64,000 nt of DNA from Squalus acanthias. Lineage: Eukaryota. The position numbers were made by a program, and so were the translations under genes. Location of the stretch: positions 111,664,001-111,728,000 of the forward strand of contig CM059432.1 in assembly GCA_030390025.1 (NCBI GenBank), written 5' to 3'. The notes below the pieces were generated by a model. The model saw only the letters and a list, made by a program, of their open reading frames with translations. It was not told where the DNA came from and made no database searches. This document shows, one piece after another, positions 26,140-37,554 of this stretch (positions are counted from its first letter, which is position 1; the number at the start of each line of letters is the position of its first letter).

Positions 26140-26362
26140 TACAGGTAACACGTGACATATTAACACATAGCACAGTCCCACATTACATTAGTACGTGTTC
26201 TGCTAATACATGGTACATTAATACATGATACGTTCACACGTGGTACATTTATTCATGGTAATTTCACATACAATGCATTAATATGTGGTCTGTTAGTGCA
26301 TGTTACATTAATACACATATGGTACATTAAATCAGGGAATGTTCACAAGTGGTACATGAATA
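26140..26362. repeat. Degenerate ~15-bp tandem array (ACATGGTACATTAAT)
   Basis: Repeated CATGGTACATT(A) variants. Confidence 0.65.
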
Positions 26363-27235
26363 AAAAGCTCAGATTTGTACTTTCACTGATTTTTCTCTTT
26401 ACAAGCATGCCAGAATGGAACAGCCTATACTAGTAACTTGTTGATCAGAGGGCTATTTTAAGGGGTTAAATTAATCACCTGAAAAAGTTGTTCTAATATT
26501 ACCCAATTCCCTGCTAATATCTCTTATATCTCAGGCATGTTGTGCTCTACGTTATAGAGGTAGATACCCAAATACAGCTAAAATTAACCAGCTTGCCAAC
26601 CACACACTAATAATGTCACTGCAGCCAGAAACAGGAAGTTGGTATTTTGTCATCCGCAGTTAATCTTGAACAGCTCCGTGCAATACTTTTTATTTATAAA
26701 TTATTAGTGAATTATTCACTGTAGTCAGGAAGAGACTGGGAAATGCTAGATAAAGAATGAGAGCTTCCTTTCACAGCTCTCCTGACAGATTGGAATGTTT
26801 CACACAGTGATTCCTTTATAAAAATGCATGCTCATAATTCATTGCAGGATGTAAAGAGCCATTTGGGTTTGGTATCCAGTTCTTTAAGGACAGTAAAGTG
26901 TTTGATTTTTTTTTGGACAAGGCCTGCTCTATGACCTGTCTACTCGTTCAATGAACAATAAATGAAGGGTAAGGTTTCACAGCCTTCACAAGTTCAAATA
27001 ACTGTAATTATTTGTGCACCTGTACATTTACAGAAGACCTTACAATACCTTTGATGTAACGAGCAACAACTGCCTATATTGATATCAGTGGCTACTATTC
27101 AGTTTGCATTGTAACATCTTACATATTGCAGAATGGGAATACCCCTAAGGACAGGGCATTATCGGATGGTAAAACTTACTTGTCGTGGGGGAGTGTAATA
27201 GTGCAGACTGCAGACCATAAGTTGGTGCTTTAAGC

Positions 27236-27387
27236 TGCTCCCACAGCACTGTGGGAGTACCTCCACCACACGGACTGCAGCGGTTCAAGAAGGCGGCTCA
27301 CCACCACCATCTCAAGGGCAATTAGGGATGGGCAATAAATGCTGGCCTTGCCAGCGACGCCCACATCCCAGGAACGAATAAAGAAAA
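27236..27387 (+). mobile_element. Family B LINE 3' terminus
   Basis: GGACTGCAGCGGTTCAAGAAGGCGGCTCACCACCAC...GGGCAATAAATGCTGGCC followed by an A-rich tail. Confidence 0.85.
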
Positions 27388-27546
27388 GTTGTGCCAGAGC
27401 TGTAGGATGTAAACCTGAACCTGTGATTCCTCACTCAGTGAGTTCCCAATCTCAGCCATACCACCACGGAAAGACAACAAATGGCAGCCAGGTACTTTTT
27501 TCCCCTGCACATAGAAAGGGAAAAAAAATGATTTTAAAGATATAAT

Positions 27547-27707
27547 AGCCCTGAAATTCCATGGGGGTTCAACCAGCATAATGCTGATGGGAGACTGGTG
27601 AAATCGACAGAGAAGCAGTGTGTATGGCCATTTGAGCCATTTCCCTGGGAGTTCTGCTGCTTTCTTCCAGAAAGAGACCACGAGAATTCCCATTGAATTT
27701 CAGGGCC
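27547..27707. mobile_element. 161-bp Harbinger-type MITE
   Basis: GCCCTGAAATTC...GAATTTCAGGGCC inverted ends, 3-bp TSD AAT. Confidence 0.75.
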
Positions 27708-27914
27708 AATTAATTTGCTGTGGTGATAATTAGTTTACAAAGTACCTGCTGTGGAACTCTCATTATAGAAATCAGATTCTACCACTCAAAGATTACATTA
27801 CATTAGAGACTGGTAGACGGTAGTTAAAGGTATTATATTGGAAGACAGGTACGTCTAAATTTTTGCTGAACCCACTACATTACATGCTTTCAATGCACTA
27901 CCTCACAAAAACAA

Positions 27915-28870
27915 CTAACATTTGCATTTATATAATGCCTTTAATGTTGGAAAATATCCCAAGGCACTTCACAGAGGTTTAAGGAAAACAAACACTGAGA
28001 TGTGAATTTCAGAGAGTAGGACCTAGGTGGCTAACAGCGGTCGGGTGAAGGGAGGGGGGAATGCACAAGAGTTAGATGAACAAAGAGTATGAGGTAGGGG
28101 CTGTATGACTGAAAGATGTTAGAGACATAGGGAGGGGGCCATGAGGATTTCAACACAAGGATGAGAATTTTGGGGGACCGGGAGCCAACATATGCCAGTG
28201 AGGACAGGAATGATGAACAAGCAAGACTTGGTGCAGGAGAGGATATGGGCAGCAGAGTTTTGGATAATCTGAAGTGTATGGATGGTGAAGAATGGGAGTC
28301 CAGACAAGAGAAGATTGAAGTAATCATGTCTTGAGGTCATAAATGCATCAATGAGGGTTTCAGCTGTAGATGGGCTGAGTAGGGTGGAGGTGGGCAATGT
28401 TACAGAGGTGAAAGTAGGTGATTTTTGTGATGGAGCAGATATGAGTTCAGAAGCTCAGTTCAGGATTGAGCAGAATACTGAGGCTGATGCTGGTTTTGCC
28501 TTAGGCAGTGGCGAGGAAGAGAGATGGAGTTGGTGGTGAGGGTGTGGAGGAAGTTATGGCCGTCAGACAAGCATAGTGACAAAAGAAAATGGAGAGGTCA
28601 AGAGAGGTGATGGAGAGGTACAGCTGATTGTCATTAGCATACACATGGAAGCTAACTCCATATCTGTGGACGATGTCGCCAAAGTGTAGATGAAAAAGTG
28701 AAGGAGGCCAAGGGTAAATCCTCAGGGGAATTTGGAGGGTTGGTGTGGGGGCAGGAAGAGAAGTCAATGTTGGAGATGCTTTGGCTACAATTCACTAGGT
28801 AAGAGTGGAACCAAACAAGGGCAGTCCCACAGAGTTGGACAACAGGGGAGAGGCATTGGAGCAGGATCAT
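27915..28870 (-). mobile_element. L2 LINE 3' fragment, decayed
   Basis: Minus strand SFHVYANDNQLY and STAETLIDAFMTSRHDY; L2 tail TTGCATTTATATAATGCCTTT. Confidence 0.85.
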
Positions 28871-28934
28871 ATGTGTAAATGTGTATATCAACTGTGTAAA
28901 AAACTGCAGAGACATCAAGAAAAAAAGAAAAAAG

Positions 28935-29404
28935 AAAAGAAAGACTTGCATTTCTATAGCACCTTTCCTGAACTCCGGACGTCTCAAAGCGCTTTACAGT
29001 CAATGAAGTACTTTTTGAAGTGTAGTCACTGTTGTAATGTAGGAAACGCGGAGCCAATTTGTGCACAGCAAGGTCCCACAAACAGCAATGTGATAATGAC
29101 CAGATAATCTGTTTTTGGTATGTTGGTTGAGGAATAAATATTGACCAGGACACCGGGGATAACTCACCTACTCTTCTTTGAAATAGTGCCATGGGATCTT
29201 TTACGTCCACCTGAGAGAGCAGACGGGGCCTCGGTTTAACGTCTGATCTGAAAGACAGCACCTCAGACAGTGCAGCACTCCCTCAGCACTGCACTGAAGT
29301 GTTCGCCTAGCTTTTATTATCTGCTCAAGTCCCTGGAGCGGGACTTGAACCCACAACTTTTTGACTCAGAGGTGAGTGTGCTACCAACCGAGCCACAGCT
29401 GACA
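28935..29404 (-). mobile_element. Full-length Deu-core SINE
   Basis: Head GTCAGCTGTGGCTCGGTTGGTAGC...GGTTCAAGTCCC, with core and tail intact. Confidence 0.92.
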
Positions 29405-29407
29405 CTG

Positions 29408-32080
29408 AGCAAAATGGAAAAGGAGGCGGGGTAGCCCTGATAATAAAGGATGGGATAAAGACAGTAGAGAGTAAGGATCTTAGCTCCGAAAATCAAGAAG
29501 TAGAATCAGTTTGGGTGGAACTATGGAACAGCAAGGGGCAGAAAACATTGGTGGGAGTTGTTTATAGGCCCCCACGTAGTTGTAATGTAGGGCAGAGTAT
29601 AAATCAAGAAATTAGAGGCGCATGTAACAAGGGTAATACAGTAATCATGAGGGACTTTAATCTAGATATCGACTGGGCAAACCAAATTTGCAGTAATAGT
29701 GTGGAGGACGAATTTATGGAATGTATACAAGATAGTTTTCTAGATCAGTATGTTGAGGAACCAACTAGGGAAGAAGTTATTTTAGATCTAGTGTTGTGCA
29801 ATGAGAAAGGGTTAATTAATAATCTTGTAGTAAAGGGGCCTTTAGGGAAGAGTGACCATAATATGATAGAACTTTATATTAAGTTTGAAAGTGATTTTAG
29901 TTAAATCCGAAACTAGGGTCTTAAATTTAAACAAAGCAAATTATGTAGGTATGAGGGGCGAGTTAGTTAAGGTAGATTGGAAAACTACATTAAAAGGTAT
30001 GATGGTAAACAATCAATGGCTAGCATTTAAAGAATTAATACACAATTTACAACAAATATGCATTCCTTTAAGGCACAAAAACCCCACAGAAAAAGTGGTC
30101 CAAAAAGAGAAATTAAAGATGGTATTAGATCAAAGGAAGAGGCTTATAATGTTGTCAAAAAGAGCAGTAAGCCTGAGGATTGGGAGGATTTTAGAATTCA
30201 GCAAAGGAGGACCAAGAAATTGATAAAGAAAGGGAAAGTAGAATATGAGAGTAAACTAGCGAGAGATATAAAAACAGATTGTAAAAGCTTCTATAGGTAT
30301 GTAATAAGGAAAAGATTAGTGAAGGTAAATGTGGGTCCCTTACAGGCTGATACAGGAGAAATTATAATGGGGAATAAGGAAATGGCAAGAGAAATTAAAC
30401 AAATACTTTCTGTCTGTCTTCACAGGAGAAGACGCAAAAAAACTCCTGGAAATAGTGAAGAACCAAGGGTCTAGCGACAATGAGGAACTGAAGGAAATTG
30501 GCATTAGTAAAAAAATAGTACTGGAAAAATTAATGGGACTGAAAGCCGATAAATCCCCTGGACCTGATGGCCTACATCCAAGGCTTTTGAAAGAGGTGGC
30601 TATAGAGATAGTGGATGCATTGGTTGTCATCTTCCAAAATTCCATTGATTGTAGAATGAGTCCCATGGATTGGAAGGTAGCAAATGTAACCCCACTATTT
30701 AAGAAAGGAGGGAGAGAGAAAATGAGGAACTACAGACCAGTTAGCCTGACATCAGTAGTAGGGAAAATGCTAGAATCTATTATTAAGGACGTGGTAACAG
30801 GGCACTTAGAAAATAATAATAGGATTGGGCAGAGTCAACATGGATTTATGAAAGGGAAATCATGTTTGACAAATCTGTTAGAGTTTTTTGAGGTTGTAAC
30901 TAGCAGAATAGATAAGGGGGAACCAGTGGATGTGGTGTATTTGGATTTTCAGAGGGCATTCAATAAGGTATCACATAAGAGGTTATTAAACAAAATTAGG
31001 GTTCATGGGATTAGGGGTAATATACTAGCATGGATTGAGGATTGGTTAACGGACAGAATAGGAATAAACGGGTAATTTTCGGGTTGGCAAGCTGTAACTA
31101 GTGAGGTACCGCAAAGATCTGTGCTTGGGCCCCAGCTATTCACAATCTATATCAATGATTTGGATGAGGGGACCAAATGTAATATATCCAAGTTTGTTGA
31201 TGATACAAAGCTAGGTGGAAATGTAAGTTGTGAGGAGGATGCAAGGAGGCTTCAAGGGGATATAGACAGGTTAAGTGAATGGGCAAGAACATGGCAAATG
31301 GAATATAATGTGGAGAAATGTGACGCTATCTACTTTGGTAGGAAAAATAGAAAAGCAGAGTATTTTTTAAATGCTGAGAGATTGGGAAATGTTGGTGTTC
31401 AGAGGGACCTAGGTTTCCTTGTACACGAATCACTGAATGTTAACATGCAGGTACAGCAAGCAATTAATGAAAGCAAATGGTATGTTGGCCTTTATTACAA
31501 GAGGATTTGAGTAAAGACGTCTTACTGCAATTATATAGGGCCTTTGTAAGACCACACCTGGAGTATTGTGTACAGTTTTGGTCTCCTTACCTAAGGAAGA
31601 ATATACTTGCCATAGAGGGAGTGCAATGAAGGTTCACCAGACTGATTCCTGGGATGGGGGGATTGTCCTATGAGAAGAGATTGAGCCTATATTCTCTGGA
31701 GTTTAGAAGAATGAGAGGTGATCTCGTTGAAATATATAACATTTTTGCAGGGCTTGACAGGGTAGATGTTTCACCTTGCTGGGGAGTCTAGAACCAGGGG
31801 TCACAGTCTCAGAATAAGGGGTCAGCCATTTAGGGCTGAGATGAGGAGAAATTTCTTCACTCAGAGGGTGGTGAATCTTTGGAATTCTCTACACCAGAGA
31901 GCTGTGGAGGCCTAGTTGTTGAGTATATTCAAGACAGAGATCAATAGATTTTTGGATATGAAGGGAAATTGGGATAGTGCAGGAAAGTGGAGCTGAGGTA
32001 GAAAATCAGCCATGATCTTATTGAATGGCAGAGCAGGCTTGAGGGGCCAAATGGCCGACTCCTGCTCCTATTTCTTATTT
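29408..32080 (+). mobile_element. CR1 LINE, nearly complete ORF2 (APE+RT), frameshifted
   Basis: ORFs 29515-31510 contain VYRPP, SDH, YLDFQRAF and KFVDDTK; collinear with the intact ORF2 at 37555-40491. Confidence 0.93.
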
Positions 32081-32081
32081 T

Positions 32082-32274
32082 CTGCTCTTCTTTGAAATAG
32101 AGCCATGGGATCTTTAACATCCAAAAGACGGCACCTCCGACAGTGCAGCACTCCCTCAGCACTGCACTGGAGTGTCAGCCTAGATTTTTGTGCTCAAGTC
32201 TCTGGAGTGGGACTTGAACCCACGACCTTCATGACTCAGAGGCAAAGGTGCTACCCACTGAGCCACAGCTGACA
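32082..32274 (-). mobile_element. Deu-core SINE 5' half, internally deleted
   Basis: tRNA-like head matching the 13098 copy. Confidence 0.85.
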
Positions 32275-34639
32275 CATGACAGATGTGGAGGAATAATGGT
32301 GACAGTCACAGAGAATGTTGTTGTCACATCCCATCCTATTCTCATTCCGTCACTTTTTTCCACAAAACCTTCCCATCCAGCCAATATTTCCCGCTCCAAC
32401 TGTGACGAAGGATGCAACTCGAAATGTTAACCTGTACAGCTGCTGGCCGACCTGCTGTGCCTCTCCAGGATTTGTGTTTTTATTTCCCTCTCCAAGCCTG
32501 CTGCCGTGCTCCTGAAGAGGCCACCCTTGCTTCCTTTTACAGAACTGTCCCTATCAGTTCCGAAACTGCTACTCCCTTTTTTTCCCACACACACAGAGCC
32601 ACTATCAAAAACCTCAGAACTCTCCTTCAAATCCAGCAGTCGTTGATGGATGTTGAGACCTTGACACATCCACAAGTATGCCATTTAAGGTTCTTTTTGT
32701 TCATACCTAAATGCTTTCAATCTACAAATTAGTCACAGAAAATGTATCCCACAATGCTTAATTTCCTCTCATATCACCACACTTTAATACATTTGCCACT
32801 TTTAGTGTTTCCAGGCCTTTCATTAGCTTTATTGGGTTTTTTTAACTCTCGCTTTAAAAGTTTTGTAGCTTTAATGACTCTACTGCTGAACGCGTTTCCA
32901 CATTTCCTGAAGAAAGTGTCATTCATGTTGTATTCACAACAAGCACGCTTGAAACGAGTGCTGTTGTTCAACTGGGCTGTTTTGAGGCAGGCTGATCTCT
33001 TGGAACAGCCTGTCCGACAACTCCAACACACAGCTGCCGTCTTGATAGTTTGTGTAAATCTCGACAACAAAACAGTATATCTGGTGCAGCAAAATGTCTT
33101 AAAAACAGTTTTCATATTTATCTTAAAAAGATAAAAATGGTACATTTATAGATGATTGATGTCACAGCAACAGACAGCATCACTACACCTGCTTCTGTGT
33201 TTAAGTGTAGTGAAGTGGCTGCACCGTGACAAGGCGTCCTAAAAAAGTTAGTTACATTTTTATGTGTATTTTAATAATATTTATTCATTGCAATTAAATT
33301 CATAAAACAGCCTTCTTTTTAATTGTAGCATTGGGTTATTAGTGCTTATCTCATCTGAGCATTCAGGGTGCAAAGATATTGGGAATTACAGACAACACCG
33401 ACTGGTTTTGCAATACATTGTCAGATGAACTTGAAGTCGTCTTGTAATTCTCAACAGATGCAAACCTGATCGCAGTTGCCAACTTTTGTTATATTGTCTT
33501 AATACTGGCACAGCTATCAACATTAGGGAACTGGAACAACACCCTGAAGTTGTAGGCCTTCCCTGGTCAGTACTAAGTTAGTTGATCTCAGCCAGGGCAA
33601 TATTAGGGATGCTACAGTTGGCCTCAACGTGCTGTGTAAAGCAGAAATTGGCCAGGTTTGTCCTCCTGACTTCAATCCCTGCTGGACTCTGCTGCACACA
33701 GCAGCTTAAAGCGACAGGCTGCCACCCAGGCCTGACAAAACCCGATTGTTGGGGACAGTGCATTGATCACCCTGCATTCGATTGCATTCCCTGGGGTGGA
33801 CCATTTAAATTTAAACTTCTCCCCTGCCCCTAGTAATGTTGGGCTCCAGCTAAATGCTGGAATATCTAGTATTACTAAGAGGGTAATGAAGGAAAACATG
33901 ATGCTTGTTGTCACCCTGTCATTGCAACAAATAAAAAAAGTAATGTCACTGTAATTATAATATGCACAGGAGTAATAAAGCAAAACCAATTCTCCACTTC
34001 AAACAATATAAACATTTGGGCCTGCAGTCTGTGGGGCTATATGTTGCGTGGGAAGCATTTTGCAGTTCTCAGACCCAAATCTTTGGACATAATAAGACAT
34101 TCTGCTACAGTGACAGTGCAACCAGAAGCATGGCAGGGTAAGACTTGGCTGGGCACTTCTGATATCCAGCAGAAGAGACACTGTTCGAGGTCCTGATACA
34201 ATTTCTCGCCCATGCCCGCCCAAGTAATGCTAGAAAACAGGCATACGTTGGGCAGGAAACTCTGCCCCTCCTTTAAATAACAAAACTAACCAGAGCAGTA
34301 TTCAATAATTAGAACCAGTGGGGTTCTCATGCCTCCATTTCAAGTCACGTAAATAATGGTCACAGAGGGAGACATATGGCCATAGACTTGTACCCCAGCA
34401 AGGACTCAAAACCTTCAAGGTAGAAGCAGAGAGGAAGAGAGAAAATTCGTGAAAAAAATTTCCAATGTTATAAAATAAAATGATCTTGGTATAGGTTCTG
34501 TGGTGCACAGACCTTTGCCAATTCCTCCATCTCATTTTCTTGGTGTGAGTATTTAGGGTACCTGTGATCGTTCAATACAAAGGGTACGGATTCTTTTCTC
34601 GCCTCACATTCTGTGGTAAGTAAGAGCTGAGAACAGACC

Positions 34640-34980
34640 TTTCTTTATTTGCTCTTGAGATGTGGGCGACAATGCCACATTTATTGGTCATTCCTAGTTG
34701 CTCTTAGAAGATGGTGGTCGGCGTGCTCCTTGAACTGCTGCAGTCTTTGTGCTTCCACACATGAGGTGAGACACTCATGGAGAGCATCCAGTCTCTGCAC
34801 TGCTCTTGTAGCCAGGATGTTGATATGCCAATTAAGTTTCTGGTTAATGGTGACCCCCCAAGATGCTGATGGTTGGGGATTTGACGATGATGGTGCAGTT
34901 GAGGGTAAGTGGAAATGGCTAGGCTTTCTCTTGTTTGAGATGGTGATTACCTGGCACTTATGTGGCACAAATGTGACATG
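34640..34980 (-). mobile_element. Family B LINE 3' fragment with internal deletion
   Basis: ORF 34681-34968 PHKCQVITISNKR...QKLNW; 3' end shared with the 7735 copy. Confidence 0.8.
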
Positions 34981-35139
34981 GAATTAGTACCACACAACTG
35001 AAATCAGTTTTGCTTAAAGTAAAAACTTCAATGCTCAGTGATGGCTACCTTTATCCACTTGGAAAATCTTGTGGAAACTCTGGAAGCTTTTTTTTGCCAA
35101 AGGCTTCAGGGAAAGCTTTGAACCTTACCCCATTAATTA

Positions 35140-35525
35140 TTCCTCTGTCCCGATTTCCCTGCCGAGGTACAGTTCCAGATAGCTGCAGCTCTCTGGTACC
35201 TCACTCAAGACATCCTTCACATGTCATTGCCAGTGGACTATTTGACTATTGTGGCATCATCGCTCAACCTGATCCTGCCATCACTTGAAATACATACACA
35301 GAAGCATTGTTCAATTGAGGTAATTAGATAATAATCAGCAATTAGAAACCATGACAAATTTCCCCCCTTCTTAGCCAAAGAGCATTAGTGGTCAATGAAA
35401 TCAGCCTCATCACACCCTTTCTCAGATCAGCAAATGCAGCGATGAGCTGGGAATTACGTCTGGGAATTTTCTGGTCCATATGACTCGGTGCTACACCACA
35501 CTGTGCATTTACCCACTCGGTCATC
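35140..35525 (-). mobile_element. Old tRNA-headed SINE, same family as 2625
   Basis: Minus-strand head GATGACCGAGTGGGTAAATGCACAGTGTGG...GACCAGAAAATTCCCAG. Confidence 0.55.
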
Positions 35526-36979
35526 CGACTGTCTGCTCGTGTGGCCTGTTTTCCTCATTGCTGCTTACTTCCAGACTGAAAATTAACAAAAAAAATGATT
35601 GTACTGTTGGGAACATTCAAATATAGGAATTCCAGCAATTCAGTGTGTTTCAAATGCAGTTTTAATTTGCCTAGAATAAGGACTAGACCTCCTTGAATCA
35701 GATTATTTCTATAATGTTCAGTATGAATCCAGGAATATTTAATACCCTTTGGTTCAGTTTTCCTATTTCTCCAGACTGATTGTTATTTATAAGTGAGCCT
35801 GATGCATGTGGTTGAGAGAAACCTTGTGTTTTGATCTGTTGGGGTCTGAACAGTGAGCCCTTTTTCGGATTACTTATCTTTTAAATAAACTTCATGCAAA
35901 TAATTGGTGGTAGCAATTCCTCCAGACTGACGCAGGGAAATTGTGAAATCTCATCAGCTAATTAACAAAGGAATAAACACTGTTAATTAACATCTTTAAT
36001 GGGCACAGGTGGTTTGTGGAACAGCCAATTCTTGTGTGGATTAACCTTTTACTTAGATGTAGAAATCCAGTTAAATTATGCACCAGAATATCTGTCAACA
36101 TACAGTAATTTGTATTTAGAGAGAACTGGACCTTTCTAGCCCTTGAAGTTTGTCCTAAATAAACTGTTTTTCCATAACAACCACGCATGCCAAAAATATA
36201 ATACAACCCTGAAATTACAGAACAAAAAAGATCTACATGTATATATTTATGGTTTATAAATTTACTGTTCAATTTACATTGCCACCATTATGTAGGTTTA
36301 TACCTATATTATGGTGTAAATGCACTAATTGTATGGGATTATGTTATTTACTGTAAATGAGTGTTCAGAATTAGGAAAACTCTATCATTCAGATTATTGT
36401 CGAGAACTCTTGTGGCATCATGTGATACGGAGAAAATGGAATTTAGCCAGGGCAGCAGATTATTGAGGAAGATGAGGATAAGGGCGGTAAGTAAATTTAT
36501 ACTGACACAACGGGTTAACATTAGTTAATTGGTGTCCTCTTCTGTCTATACGAATGATGACGAGTAGTTTACTGGAAAAACAGCCATGGACTGATATTGG
36601 GGTCCACATAGGTTAAATGCTTTCCAACATCACAAGCTATTATTTGCAAAAATCTTAGCTGATACCACACCCTAGTAGTTTACCATACCCTTGTTTGAAT
36701 TTTACCTAACTATTCCCTCCACACCTCCCCTCTCAAAGGCAGTGGCCCCAAAAATCCATGGGGCTATGCTAGTTTCCGGCCTTTGATTGGCAGAACATTC
36801 ACCTGCCTCTTGCAAAGCAAATGTTACCACGGGGTGGGGGTCTGGGGAGGGGGTGCTGTTGGGGATTCTCTATGGCAGGAGTTCCCGATTCCCAGGCTCA
36901 TTCTGGATCTGGTGTAGTACTGGAGCCCAGTATACCCAGTAAGATGAGCCCATCTTATCCTTACCAGTTATCCATATCT

Positions 36980-37155
36980 GCACAAATTCCAGTAGCGGAT
37001 ACTGGACATTGACCAGGAGCAGAAATCTTTGCTGATTTCTTGTCTTCTACATAAGTCAGGAGTACTAAGCCCAAGTGTAACATTCCATCTGATCCCTGGT
37101 TGAGATTAACTAACTCAGCACGGAGCTAATGGTAAAACCTTAAACCTTCCTGTTG
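36980..37155 (-). mobile_element. Old tRNA-headed SINE fragment, same family as 2625
   Basis: GGTTGAGATTAACTAACTCAGCAC and CCAGGAGCAGAAATCTTTGCTGATTT match the other copies. Confidence 0.5.
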
Positions 37156-37554
37156 GCCACTTTAAATTTCAAATTATATTTTGTCTCTCTCTGGACCATG
37201 CTTCATTCTCTGGCTGAAATGATGGGCAAGCACCACAGTCCCAGTGCCATCCTACAGACAGCTATTGGGAAATTTGCGGAGATTGACATCCTGCTTGACT
37301 CACCTCATTCTCTGTGGTGAATCAATGCATCTTGGTACCTCCTTTCCCAGCAGCTTGACTGACTTAAGGAATTTGCTCTGTCAGGTGTTGTTGGTGAAAA
37401 TCTATATCCTTCTATTCAGTGTCACATCACCGGCAAAATGATATGCAACACATTACAAGAAACATAGAAACATAGAAAATAGGTACAGGAGTAGACCATT
37501 CGGTCCTTCGAGCCTGCACCGCCATTCAATGCGTTCATGGCTGAACATGCTACC

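Noticed and set aside
32395..32490. Hammerhead-ribozyme-like core in a Penelope-like fragment (GTGACGA...GAAA); weaker relic at ~740-795
   Set aside because: The core CUGANGA is mutated and the stem III partner and cleavage triplet are missing, so it is at most a dead relic.
36104..36154. 51-bp minus-strand exon candidate upstream of the 33238 acceptor
   Set aside because: Two frames have stops, and the third creates TGA on joining.
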